Assembly: GCA_964613985.1 (NCBI GenBank)
Contig: CAZTJD010000008.1
Span: 3,695-67,694, forward strand
Length of the DNA: 64,000 nucleotides
Source: an uncultured Anaerolineales bacterium
GTDB lineage: Bacteria; Chloroflexota; Anaerolineae; Anaerolineales; UBA11858
Reading direction: 5' to 3'
Part shown: one piece after another, positions 1 through 9,392 of the stretch
Layout of the letters: each line of letters begins with the position of its first letter
Numbering within the stretch: the stretch's first letter is position 1
Position numbers and translations under genes: made by a program
The notes under the pieces: model-generated
Databases searched by the model: none
What the model saw: only the letters and a program-made list of their open reading frames with translations
Told to the model about the DNA's origin: nothing

Positions 1-194
1 AAAGAGAACAGAAAGAAACATAACAGGTGTATTCCATTTAGTGTTATTTCGAGATTATTTTCTACCAGTTTTGATAACTCAGACAGGTTGAAATCTATCT
101 ATGGGTCTAATATCAAGGCGAGGTGACGCAATGGTAGGTTAGATACAGGGCTATCTCCTTGGGGTGGCAACCCTTCCATTTATCGAGTAGAGCA

Positions 195-870
195 GAATCA
201 GGAAGGACAACGCAGGAGCGTTTGGATGGGATTCCAACGGAGACCGTTGGAACCAGGGAACCAGGGATAGGGAGGAGGGGGGTTCCAACTGAGACGCCTC
301 AATTTGGGGATGGAATCAGGAAAATGAATTCGCCGAGGACGGCGTTTTGAGCGGAGGGGGAACGTACAAGTTGGAAACTTATGCTACAGGAAGGTGGGAA
401 TGGATTACCGGTGTTCGGCGAGTAGAGGAAGATCAACGCAGGAGCGTTAGGATGGGATTCCAACGGAGACCGTTGGAATCAGGGAGGTGGAACCAGGGAT
501 AGGAGGAGGGGGTTTCCAACGGAGACGCCTCAATTTGGGGTTGAACCCAGGGAACCAGGGACAGGGAGGAGGGAGATTCCAACGGAGACGCCCCAATCTG
601 GGGATAGAATCAGGAAAATGAATTCGCCGAGGACGGCGATTCGAGCGGGGGGTACGTACAATTTGGAAACTTATGCTACAGGAAGGCGGGAATATATAAA
701 CGGTGTTCGGCAGGGAGAGGAAGATCAACGCAGGAGCGTTAGGATGGGATTCCAACGGAGACCGTTGGAACCAGGGAACCAGGGACGGGGAGGAGGGAGG
801 TTCCAACGGAGACGCCCTAATTTGGGGTTGAAACCAGGAGCAATTTGGGGATGGAACCAGGAGATATTCA
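195..870. repeat. Complex tandem array (about 2.5 units, spacing 226 and 292 bp) built from REP-like hairpin modules
   Basis: CAACGCAGGAGCGTT occurs at 208/434/726. The 9-bp-stem hairpin TTCCAACGG-AGA-CCGTTGGAA occurs at 232/458/750. AATCAGGAAAATGAATTCGCCGAGGACGGCG occurs at 314/608. The track ORFs 159-350, 447-956 and 618-905 are only translated repeats. Confidence 0.85.
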
Positions 871-1050
871 ACAATTTTACGCAGGAGGGTATGGGGAAAG
901 GGTAGCAACAGATGCTTCGCTATCAAGGAGAAAGCTGCACCAAGGTGACTCCTCATCCAAAAACGTAAATAAGGGATTGCTTTATTTCCGTTTATGACAT
1001 AAAATGCAAATAAGGAGTTTTCTAATTAGCGTTTCAGGAAAGCAAGGTAT

Positions 1051-2208
1051 ATGAAAAGGTCAGATTTCTCAAAACAGGCTTCTGGTAAAGTGTTCAAAAC
1101 ACTCAAAGGATATTTAGCCTTTGCGCCTGCACCACTACCGCCTGATGTGCAATGGTCAGATAAATTGCTTGCTGCTTTATCCAAAGCGGATCGCAGCCTG
1201 GGACGGTTGGATGAAGTAGGGAATACCTTTCCTGTCCCACTTGTGGTTGTGCGGCTATTCATTCGGAAGGAAGCGGTGTTGTCTTCACAAATTGAGGGAA
1301 CACGTACAACTTTTAAAGAGCTGCTTTCATTTGAAGCAGGACAACTCAGTTTTTTTAGTGACCTGGAAGACACAAAGGAAGTTCACAATTACGTCCAGGC
1401 ATTGAATTATGGCCTTGAACGATTGGAAACTTTGCCACTAAGTATTCGTTTGATTCGAGAAATTCACGGCATTTTGATGCAGGGTGTGCGCGGGGAAATG
1501 ATGACCCCCGGTGCGTTAAGGCGAAGCCAGAATTGGATTGGTAGGCCAGGCGCAATTCTGGATAATGCCCGTTATGTGCCCCCGCCACCAGATGAAATGC
1601 GTGGTTGCCTTTCAGACCTGGAACGCTTTATCCATGCAGATTCAGATCTGCCGCCATTATTACGTATTGGCATGATCCATTATCAATTTGAAGCAATTCA
1701 TCCATTTCTGGATGGCAATGGGCGTGTTGGCCGGTTGCTGGTGACGTTTTTATTGGTCGCCTGGGATTTACTTTCTCAACCTTTGTTGTATTTGAGTGAT
1801 TTCATCGAAGCCAACCGCCAGGAATACTATGACCGCTTGCTGGCCGTCAGCCAGCAAGGAGAGTGGGAATCGTGGCTGTTGTTCTTCTTAGATGGGGTTC
1901 ACAGCCAGGCAGAAGATGCCAGCCAACGGATCATTCGCTTGGAGAAACTACGCTCCACATACCGCGAGCAATTTGCCAGTGATCGCAGCCGGAAGACGCT
2001 GGAACTGTTGGTGGATTATTTAATCAGTTCACCGATCACGTCAATTTCTCAGGCACAGGAAAACTTGAATATCCGTAGTTTCAATGCCGCTCAGCGTAAC
2101 ATTGAGAAGTTAGAAGCGCTTGGGATCGTACATGAAGCGACAGGCAACAAACGTAATCGTTTGTATCAAGCAGATGAGATTTTGAAAATTCTAGAAGAGC
2201 GGAGATAA
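1051..2208 (+). CDS. Fic/DOC family protein, class II (intramolecular inhibitory helix), with a C-terminal wHTH-like tail
   Basis: Canonical Fic motif HPFLDGNGRVGR. An N-terminal (S/T)xxxE(G/N)-type inhibitory motif is present (SSQIEG). The Fic_N-like N-terminus reads ...GYLAFAPAPLPP. Confidence 0.9.
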   Translation: MKRSDFSKQASGKVFKTLKGYLAFAPAPLPPDVQWSDKLLAALSKADRSLGRLDEVGNTFPVPLVVVRLFIRKEAVLSSQIEGTRTTFKELLSFEAGQLSFFSDLEDTKEVHNYVQALNYGLERLETLPLSIRLIREIHGILMQGVRGEMMTPGALRRSQNWIGRPGAILDNARYVPPPPDEMRGCLSDLERFIHADSDLPPLLRIGMIHYQFEAIHPFLDGNGRVGRLLVTFLLVAWDLLSQPLLYLSDFIEANRQEYYDRLLAVSQQGEWESWLLFFLDGVHSQAEDASQRIIRLEKLRSTYREQFASDRSRKTLELLVDYLISSPITSISQAQENLNIRSFNAAQRNIEKLEALGIVHEATGNKRNRLYQADEILKILEERR

Positions 2209-2227
2209 TTTTTTGCTCCAATTCTTG

Positions 2228-2632
2228 CTATAGGATGGACCGGATGGCATCTAAAGCCATTTCGAAGCTTTGCACCTGGGTGTCATAGATGATGTTCAGC
2301 TTCCTGGATAAGGTACCTTCAATGATCCTGATCCTTAATCGATCCTGGCTGGTTTCTGGGCACCCGGTGTAATTCCTGACCTCCAGAGGGACCCATTCGA
2401 TGCCATTGAAGATGTAAAAGTCGATGATGTAAATCGTGTTCAGGACGGTATATTTATAGCGGAATTCGAGGCGGAGGAACCATAAAGCCAAGGCAACCCT
2501 GTATTCGGCAAACGAGGCAGCTTGCCTGCCGTCGATCATGCCTCGCTCTCGTCCCTTCGGCAGCCATTCCAGGTCCACTACCCCCATCCTGGAGCTATTC
2601 CCTGGCCTGTTCGGGAAGCGATAATCCGTCAT
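2228..2632 (-). CDS. Hypothetical protein, possibly a Vsr/DUF559-like PD-(D/E)xK nuclease fold
   Basis: The pattern SFAEY..(x)..FRYKY..YIIDFYI..VPLEVRN resembles the S..E / DF / ExK layout of DUF559/Vsr-type nucleases. It is the last gene of the phage module. The function is tentative. Confidence 0.4.
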   Translation of the reverse strand: MTDYRFPNRPGNSSRMGVVDLEWLPKGRERGMIDGRQAASFAEYRVALALWFLRLEFRYKYTVLNTIYIIDFYIFNGIEWVPLEVRNYTGCPETSQDRLRIRIIEGTLSRKLNIIYDTQVQSFEMALDAIRSIL

Positions 2633-2677
2633 TGTGTCCGAGGCATGACAGTTTTATCGTCATGCACCTTCCTGTGA

Positions 2678-3058
2678 TCACCCAACCTGGCCTCCCTTGC
2701 CGTTGATCCGCCGCGGCTCCGCGATCGGCTTCAGCCCCGCCGAGACAATCTGACCATAGAGCAGCAGCGAACAGTTGACCGCATTCGTGAGCTCGATCCG
2801 GAGCTGCTCTATCTCGTGCTTCAAGCTGTTGAGCTGTGTTTCAAGCTTCAGCCGTTTCTCTTGTTCCCGGTCCAACTCGGCGCGGGTAAGCTCGATAATG
2901 ATCCGGGCACCCTCCGCCAGTTCATCAGAAAAACCGAGCTGTTCGATCTCGTGTTTTGCCCTGGCAGCCCGGTATTCAGACACGATGGTGAAGATCGTGA
3001 TGCTGGAGGAGATCAAAAGGGAGAGGATGGCGATATAGTCTGTCATGGGTTGGTTCAT
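2678..3058 (-). CDS. Membrane-anchored coiled-coil protein (N-terminal TM plus heptad-rich helix), a spanin-like or exclusion-like candidate
   Basis: The TM segment is YIAILSLLISSSITIFTIV, followed by a charged coiled coil (ELDREQEKRLKLETQLNSLKHEIEQLRIEL). It lies directly downstream of the fibre gene. Confidence 0.5.
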   Translation of the reverse strand: MNQPMTDYIAILSLLISSSITIFTIVSEYRAARAKHEIEQLGFSDELAEGARIIIELTRAELDREQEKRLKLETQLNSLKHEIEQLRIELTNAVNCSLLLYGQIVSAGLKPIAEPRRINGKGGQVG

Positions 3059-3200
3059 TTTGATTCAATTAGAAGACCGGAGGGCAAAAACCGGATTTTT
3101 GGCCTGTTTTTCAACTTTTATTATCAAGGTCAGTTTTTCAGTAGACTCAGGTTGGTGATCGCAGCAGTTCCTTTCAGAAACTGCCAGGGTAAAGGTCGCT

Positions 3201-6200
3201 TCAGGCATCTGCTGCTGCCAGGGTGAATGTGTATTTCTCCTTCTCACCTCTCCGGGAATAACCAACCGGTTCGATGTCCGTTATGGCAGTCAGTTTCACC
3301 CGGCAGACGGCAGCCACGCCAAAGGGCGTGTAAATCCGCACCGGTTCGGCAGAGTCGACATAACCCATCAAGGTCAGGATGTCGTCTTCGGCGTCCGCTT
3401 CCTGGACCTCACCGGTGAGTGACTTCCTGCGGTCCATGGTGACCAGGCGCATGGTGTAGGACCAGGCTACAGGCAGGTATTCCATGTAATCGATAACAAT
3501 TGCCCTGATCTTTGCAGTGCGTTCACTGCTGTCACTGGATATCGAAAGATGGATCTGTAAGCGTTTGAGGGTGAAATCTTCCATAGACCAGAACTCGTCG
3601 ATCGAGCGCTCGTCGACCGGCCCGGTGGTGAAGTCACCCCAGATTGTCTGGTAGGTTTCTCCAGCCGGCATCCCAATCTCAGTGTCATAGTACCCGTCCT
3701 CGTCCCTGGGTGCAGTCCGGATGTAGATGTTGTTATCAACGCCCAGGTTGTCAGCAGCGATCCTGATCTTGTGAAAGAACTTCTCGAGATCCGAGATCGA
3801 GCCGTAGACCGTGGACATATCCACCCAGCCAATAGGACAATAGCGATAGTTACCGTTTGTGTCCGGGTTGAGATCAATGGGCAGCCAAACGAGATCCGCA
3901 CCCTCGTTGAACCAAAGCCGGTCGACGTTGGTGCCTGGCATAGGCTGGATAAACAGCTTCGTGATCCGAAGGCCTGCTGCTGGTGCCCGGTAGTATTCGT
4001 GCCAGCCCAGCTTGTTGTAGAGCAAGATAGAACTGGTGTTGGAAGACCCTCCATCGATGGCTGCCAACAGCCATTCACCATACATGATCATATGAGCAAT
4101 ATCACCTCGGCGTTCTTCTGGAAGACCTTCATCATTGAGGTTAGGACCAATAATGGTGATCTTTTCATCGTAATATTTACAGACGTTATCCAGGAAGGAC
4201 AGGTAGATATCCGCGCCAGTCTTGGCGCTGGTAGACCCGTTCCGGTCGTCTCTTGCTGATATAAACTCACCCGGGGAGACATCCCGGAAGAAGCCGTAAT
4301 TCTCCCTAATTACGCCCGCATCGGTGAGGACGTAAAGCCGCCTTGGTTCGCCAGCGATCACCATCCCGGTGATCTTATTGTGTCCCACCGGCAGGGGAGT
4401 TTCCACCTGCGAGACCTTCACAGAGTCAAAGAAGAAGGTGCAAGCACCCGTCTTGGAAATAAATCTCAAAGTCGGTGTTTCTGAGGTAGTTGCTTTATAC
4501 CCATGGACATAGATCCAGGAGCCAGTCGTCGCGATCGAGTCCAGTTCTGTCCCATCGAATTCAATCGCTGCTTCATTTGCTCCGGAGTTATAGATATATC
4601 CCTCTACATGGTAGATGGTCCCAATCGATAATCCGGAGAGGGTCTGGCCTGCGCCCTGGTTTGCCCCAGCCGCTACGATCCTCCTGGAGTACCGGCCGTC
4701 CTTCTTTTGTGCCATGCTTTGAGTATTGAAGGTAGGACCGTTATAGTCAGCCCAGGACCCGTCGTCAGCCTCACAGTTGCTGTCGCCCACCTCGACCGCC
4801 TGGCTGAAGTTCAGGTCCTCAATCGCAACTCCATCGTCAGCAAAGACAGGATCAGCGGAAAGTACAGCGGGAGGGAAAGAAGCCCTGGTTAAATATACCT
4901 GCATTTCCCCAGTAGAACTTGATGGTGCCACCAGGATGAATGAGCCCCGGTTTCCCGCTTCTAAAGTGAAGGTGTCATCGTACATGTGGTAAATGTCTGA
5001 AAAATCACCCTTAGCGAAATACACGATGTTTGCATATACACAAACATCCGTTATCCTTCCAATCATTTCATGATCTATAATCTCAGTATATTTATCTGAC
5101 TGGATGATGGTGTATTTCGTGGTTTCATCAGAATCAATATCCCAATCTGATTCTAAGGTAAGGGTATCTGCCGTATTCGATTCAATCAATCTCCAGGGCT
5201 TCTCGGCGTCAGCGCCAGTTCCGGAGTATATCTTGGCTATACATCCCGCCCATTCGTCTACGGTCCAGCCTGCACCACTATCCGTCAGCGTATTCGAGGT
5301 TGCAGAGGTAACCGTTCCTCTCTCTCCATTCCTAAATATTCTTGGGTCTGAGCCATCGTAAAATGACAAAGCCATGTATAGCGCACCCAGGTGCTCGAAG
5401 GGAAATATTTCAAAGTCTTCTTCTTCTTCCACCAACCGAAAGAAGATGCCCTTAGTGAATGATGACCAGGAGGAACCATCAGAACTTTTATATGCTGTAT
5501 TCGCAGGGACAGTATCCGAGCAAAAGATATGGTATCCATAATCCGTGTTCCCCGGATCACCGCCAACCGTAGAACATCTAACAACCAGGTGATAGGTCGT
5601 CCCATTGGTCAGCGTTGAGGGAGAATCAAATTCCAGCCTGGTGATCATCTCATATGCAATAGGCGTTATATCCCCAGTCCCAAATATTTTAGCATCTGGT
5701 TTTCCCCCATCATCGCTGTAGATATCAGCAGAGAACAACCAGTTCGCAAGATGACTGTCTACGCCCACAGCCAGGTAGACGTATGCAGGATCAATGTCGG
5801 CCTCCGGAGTGAATTTATAGGAGATGTACTCGTAACTCCCATCAAGGGTCACCTTGAAGATTTCCGAAGCGCTATCGATGTTGTCCTTCCACCAGTGCCT
5901 AATCTCCGTATCTCGTATCCCACTGGCATAAGTTTCTTCAGGTCCAAGCATCACAACGCCATTCATCCAGGTCTGCATGCGGTAAGAATCGTAGAACCTG
6001 GTCTTGTCCCGGTCGAGCCTGTCCCAGCCTCTGCCTCCAGCAAAGTCCCTTTGTTCGATCGAAGCATAGGGAGGTTCCCGGTCCGAGTGCTGGGTATCCC
6101 CCTGCTGCATCTTCAAAGCCTGGCGTGGGAATTGTGACATCTTGAAAGACCCCCGGGTCCTGGACGGACGGCCGAGGCCATCTGCCAGGTTGAAATATAA

Positions 6201-6245
6201 TTTTGTTTCGTTTTTTCTCTCAATTGTTACATCATAATCAGACAT
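3201..6245 (-). CDS. Large tail fibre or host-recognition protein with an internal CBM4/9-like jelly-roll
   Basis: The ORF is 1014 aa. Residues ~475-610 (nt ~4415-4823) read like a carbohydrate-binding beta-sandwich (…GTIYHVEGYIYNSG…WIYVHGY…FFFDSVKV). It sits at the distal end of the structural module. Confidence 0.6.
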   Translation of the reverse strand: MSDYDVTIERKNETKLYFNLADGLGRPSRTRGSFKMSQFPRQALKMQQGDTQHSDREPPYASIEQRDFAGGRGWDRLDRDKTRFYDSYRMQTWMNGVVMLGPEETYASGIRDTEIRHWWKDNIDSASEIFKVTLDGSYEYISYKFTPEADIDPAYVYLAVGVDSHLANWLFSADIYSDDGGKPDAKIFGTGDITPIAYEMITRLEFDSPSTLTNGTTYHLVVRCSTVGGDPGNTDYGYHIFCSDTVPANTAYKSSDGSSWSSFTKGIFFRLVEEEEDFEIFPFEHLGALYMALSFYDGSDPRIFRNGERGTVTSATSNTLTDSGAGWTVDEWAGCIAKIYSGTGADAEKPWRLIESNTADTLTLESDWDIDSDETTKYTIIQSDKYTEIIDHEMIGRITDVCVYANIVYFAKGDFSDIYHMYDDTFTLEAGNRGSFILVAPSSSTGEMQVYLTRASFPPAVLSADPVFADDGVAIEDLNFSQAVEVGDSNCEADDGSWADYNGPTFNTQSMAQKKDGRYSRRIVAAGANQGAGQTLSGLSIGTIYHVEGYIYNSGANEAAIEFDGTELDSIATTGSWIYVHGYKATTSETPTLRFISKTGACTFFFDSVKVSQVETPLPVGHNKITGMVIAGEPRRLYVLTDAGVIRENYGFFRDVSPGEFISARDDRNGSTSAKTGADIYLSFLDNVCKYYDEKITIIGPNLNDEGLPEERRGDIAHMIMYGEWLLAAIDGGSSNTSSILLYNKLGWHEYYRAPAAGLRITKLFIQPMPGTNVDRLWFNEGADLVWLPIDLNPDTNGNYRYCPIGWVDMSTVYGSISDLEKFFHKIRIAADNLGVDNNIYIRTAPRDEDGYYDTEIGMPAGETYQTIWGDFTTGPVDERSIDEFWSMEDFTLKRLQIHLSISSDSSERTAKIRAIVIDYMEYLPVAWSYTMRLVTMDRRKSLTGEVQEADAEDDILTLMGYVDSAEPVRIYTPFGVAAVCRVKLTAITDIEPVGYSRRGEKEKYTFTLAAADA

Positions 6246-6417
6246 TTTCTTTTAGATCCAATCTTCCCTGATGCCCTGATCGCTTTGCCCCTTTATGCCC
6301 CCCTCTTCCCAGGAGGAGGCTGGGGGTAAGGGGGGCAGGGGTCACTCCATGGCGAAATTCCTTCGCCCTTGAGGCGGTTCGTTGGGCGCGATAAACCAAC
6401 TGCCCCAAGCAAAAAAG

Positions 6418-6624
6418 TTATGCTTTTGATAACTTTTTTGCGGCATCTTCCACCGCAATCGCGCCAATCAAGACCATCAAGATCGTATTGATTGCCTGCC
6501 ACAGTTGTTCTGGCATCCCCGGCCAGAAGAAGAAGACCACGGTCTGGATCACGCCAACAACCGCCAACCAGAATTTTCTAGACCTCAAAAGAGACCCTAG
6601 ACCTTGATACCATTTGCCTTTCAT
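6418..6624 (-). CDS. Holin-like small membrane protein (2 TM, charged C-terminus)
   Basis: 68 aa. TM1 is FWLAVVGVIQTVVFFFW and TM2 is AINTILMVLIGAIAV, with a tail of EDAAKKLSKA. It lies in the phage lysis neighbourhood. Confidence 0.6.
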   Translation of the reverse strand: MKGKWYQGLGSLLRSRKFWLAVVGVIQTVVFFFWPGMPEQLWQAINTILMVLIGAIAVEDAAKKLSKA

Positions 6625-6698
6625 AATTTTTTCTCCTTATTTTCTTTTCGATTTGGCAGTTTTCCAATGGGGAAACTGCTGCTGCAAAAAAATATTTG

Positions 6699-6788
6699 CT
6701 ATAGGAACCATTTCATGATGAACGCAATGAGGTCTGGCAGGATATTCAATATCCAGTTCAGAATTTCAATGATCTGCGACCAATTCAT
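6699..6788 (-). CDS. Candidate 29-aa hydrophobic micro-ORF upstream of the holin
   Basis: My own translation gives MNWSQIIEILNWILNILPDLIAFIMKWFL, preceded by GGAG about 8 nt upstream. It is below the ORF-track size cutoff. There is no further support. Confidence 0.25.
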   Translation of the reverse strand: MNWSQIIEILNWILNILPDLIAFIMKWFL

Positions 6789-6906
6789 TTTTTTACTCCT
6801 TTATCCATATCGGATAGGTTAACTTTGGGACCAGCCTGGCGGGTATGACACCGGTTCTTATGGTCTACCGGAAACAGAGGTCCGCGAAAATCCGTGAAAG
6901 CTGCGG

Positions 6907-7713
6907 TCAGCTCTCTCTTCTATGCTGCCTGGTCTTTTCAAAGAATTCCTCTTCATAAGCATCCGCCTTGGCCATAAAATAATTCATCCGTTCTTCGAGA
7001 TAGGGCCATTCGTCTCCATCGTACATCTGCTGCAGGAGCATATATTCCGCAGCCCTGAAGATAACGTATTTGGGTTCCAACCAGTCAAAGACCAGGTCAT
7101 CCCCAGCGGTGTAATCTGAATCGTGGATCTCTTCGTAATCTAAACGGAGCTTGTTTCCTGGATAATCCGGGTAAAGATCTTCGGGGAGGATCAGGACCTG
7201 GTTTGTGCCGTCATCCACCGTCCACCATTCACCAACTTTCTGCCAGCAGTAATCCTCACTTGTGGTTGTGGTGGCAACATAGACCTCCTTCAAGCGACCA
7301 TATTTGATGGCACTGGGGAGGTCATATTCAGTCGTTGAGAGGACTGCCAGAGAATCTTGATCGATCCTTGGGTAGCGATACTGCTTGATGGCCATGTTTA
7401 CGCAGTCCACCAGGACATCATACGGGTATTGACCCGGGGAGGCTGAATAGCGGTCTCCGGATTCGATAGCTGCAGTCAAGGCAGAAAAAGTAAATATGCC
7501 TGAACCAAAATCGGTGATCAATGAAAATTCTCTTTCAGGTGCTGTATTTCCTGCAGAAAGGATCCAGATCGTGCCACCATTCCAGTAATCATCGATCTCG
7601 CCGCGCCTAGTCGTGTCGGTCAGTGAAGTCGTCGATCCATTGACTGTTGCCAGCCCTGTCCGGAGACCGCCAAGAATCCGGAGGGTATCTACCAGGTAAT
7701 AAAAGAAATGCAT
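6907..7713 (-). CDS. Phage structural protein of unknown role (adaptor-like?)
   Basis: 268-aa intact ORF in the structural operon. Its C-terminal helical region (KYVIFRAAEYMLLQQ) resembles that of the 232-aa ORF at 8694-9392. Confidence 0.5.
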   Translation of the reverse strand: MHFFYYLVDTLRILGGLRTGLATVNGSTTSLTDTTRRGEIDDYWNGGTIWILSAGNTAPEREFSLITDFGSGIFTFSALTAAIESGDRYSASPGQYPYDVLVDCVNMAIKQYRYPRIDQDSLAVLSTTEYDLPSAIKYGRLKEVYVATTTTSEDYCWQKVGEWWTVDDGTNQVLILPEDLYPDYPGNKLRLDYEEIHDSDYTAGDDLVFDWLEPKYVIFRAAEYMLLQQMYDGDEWPYLEERMNYFMAKADAYEEEFFEKTRQHRRES

Positions 7714-7870
7714 TTCAACCAGGTCCTTATGTTTTCATGGTGCTTTTATTTATTTTTATTTTTGGTTCATTTTTAGATTTTATTTTCATGTTCTTCATAT
7801 TCTCTTCCGTGTTTTGGAATGAAAGGCCCGGTCAGCGGATGTTAATGTTTTCACTCGTCTTCACTTGTCT

Positions 7871-8611
7871 TCACTTGATTGAGTTGAGGAAACAGGTCAC
7901 TTTCTTTATCGCCAGGTCGTATCCTTCTTTGAAAAGGTCTTTCGGTCCTATTTCTTGGGTTGGCTGCTGCCAGGCTTGCAGTTCTGCCGGTGATCCATGG
8001 AACACATCGAGATCGAATGCATACGTTCGACCGGCACCGTACTCCGTTCCATTCCCTCGAAAAGAATATTGCCAAAAGTCCCAGTCATCCCTAAGGTTGG
8101 GTAATATTGGACGGTATTTGTGGATGTCTGGCTTGATCTCCCAACTGTCAATGGGCCAAGAGAGCCACAGTGGATATTGTTTCTCCCCTGCTGCAGGCCC
8201 GAAATAGTGGTTATAGAGATAAAGGTTGGTATAGATCCCCGCTTTCTTATCCAACTTAAGCAGATATTCGATCGCCTGCAGGCATTCTTCGGCAAACTTC
8301 ATGGTCATTTCGTTGTAGGCATTTTCGAAATCGATCCAATGGCAGGCGGGAGTCCAGGGCGCTTTTCCGCAAATCTCCAGGTGTCTTTCGACCTGCTCTT
8401 TCCAGGGAGACCCAGAAGAGAAGTAGTGATAGACCATCTTTACGGCCTTCAGCGTACCAACCTCCCTGGCACTCTGCTGGAAAATTGAATCTTCCATCAT
8501 TCCATAGCCGGTTCGGAGGATCAGGAAGTCCACCGGGATGCTTTCTTGATCCGGTTTCAGCCACTTATCAAAATAGGAGCTGTCATATCCCAAAGCCCGT
8601 TTCATATCCAT
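7871..8611 (-). CDS. GH25 muramidase (endolysin)
   Basis: GH25-like blocks are present: GYDSS near the N-terminus, VDFLILRTGYG, the acidic pair in HWIDFE, PLWLSWP, and the hallmark WDFWQYS. Confidence 0.8.
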   Translation of the reverse strand: MDMKRALGYDSSYFDKWLKPDQESIPVDFLILRTGYGMMEDSIFQQSAREVGTLKAVKMVYHYFSSGSPWKEQVERHLEICGKAPWTPACHWIDFENAYNEMTMKFAEECLQAIEYLLKLDKKAGIYTNLYLYNHYFGPAAGEKQYPLWLSWPIDSWEIKPDIHKYRPILPNLRDDWDFWQYSFRGNGTEYGAGRTYAFDLDVFHGSPAELQAWQQPTQEIGPKDLFKEGYDLAIKKVTCFLNSIK

Positions 8612-8693
8612 ACCACCTCATCCCAGTTTGGGTCAGTTCATCCCGCTGCGAGGACACAAAAAGCCCAGGCAATCCCACAGGATTGGACCTGGT

Positions 8694-9392
8694 TCAATAA
8701 ATCCGGTCATACTTATCCATTTCCCAGGAAACCAGCTTCGATTCGGAAGGCCTGGCGGCTTTTGCCTGCTCGATCATCTCGTTGTATTTCATGCTTTCCA
8801 CCAAGACCCGCTTCTCCAGCCTGTCGAATAAGACATCGTCCTGCGCTTCCTGAATCATGGTCAACTTTTCCCGCCATGCTGTACAAACGACGTATTGGAC
8901 GATGATGTGCCGGTGATGAGCGGGGACTGCCGTCGTTTCATCCGTCCCTGATTCGACTGAGGTCCAGGAGTGTTCGGTGAGGTACCTGACCTGGAACGCC
9001 TGTCCTGTTTCTGGTTGTGATAGCCAGATTTCACCATTGGTCATGGCTGGATTCAGGACAATATCATAGTAGGATTGGCCCTCTGCGAAGAACCGGCGGT
9101 TGGTGTGACTCATTCGTTTTGGATATTCAGGTGGGACCTCACCGGCCGGGTATTCGAACTCGACGACACCCAAGATCACTGGTAGGGCCTCTTCTTGATG
9201 AGACCCTGCGAAGAAATCGTATTCATAGACATCATCGTTTGCGTCATCTGTGAGTGCTGCGGGGATTGGGAAATGGATCGAATAATCCCGGACCGCATCC
9301 TTGATCCATTCCTTGATGGTGTTGTTAGACCAGGCCACGTCCCTGAATTGACGTCTTACTGCAAAAACTGTCTCGTCCAGGGAAATTGTCAT
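8694..9392 (-). CDS. Phage structural protein (possible head-tail adaptor)
   Basis: 232-aa ORF that overlaps the upstream gene by 4 nt (ATGA). The call rests on its position between the spike and lysis genes. Confidence 0.45.
   Translation of the reverse strand: MTISLDETVFAVRRQFRDVAWSNNTIKEWIKDAVRDYSIHFPIPAALTDDANDDVYEYDFFAGSHQEEALPVILGVVEFEYPAGEVPPEYPKRMSHTNRRFFAEGQSYYDIVLNPAMTNGEIWLSQPETGQAFQVRYLTEHSWTSVESGTDETTAVPAHHRHIIVQYVVCTAWREKLTMIQEAQDDVLFDRLEKRVLVESMKYNEMIEQAKAARPSESKLVSWEMDKYDRIY

Noticed and set aside
195-870. Possible CRISPR array, because of regularly recurring palindromic motifs
   Set aside because: The 'spacers' are themselves repeated (a higher-order tandem unit of 226/292 bp). 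The repeats are not of constant length or spacing, and no cas genes or leader are present.
159-956. Track ORFs 159-350(+), 618-905(+) and 447-956(-)
   Set aside because: They lie entirely within the tandem repeat, have low-complexity G/R/P-rich translations that mirror the repeat periodicity, and lack an RBS.
3467-6137. Numerous 60-200-aa ORFs overlapping or antisense to the 1014-aa fibre gene. Similar nested ORFs occur in every long CDS.
   Set aside because: They are shadow ORFs inside a much longer, better-supported frame.
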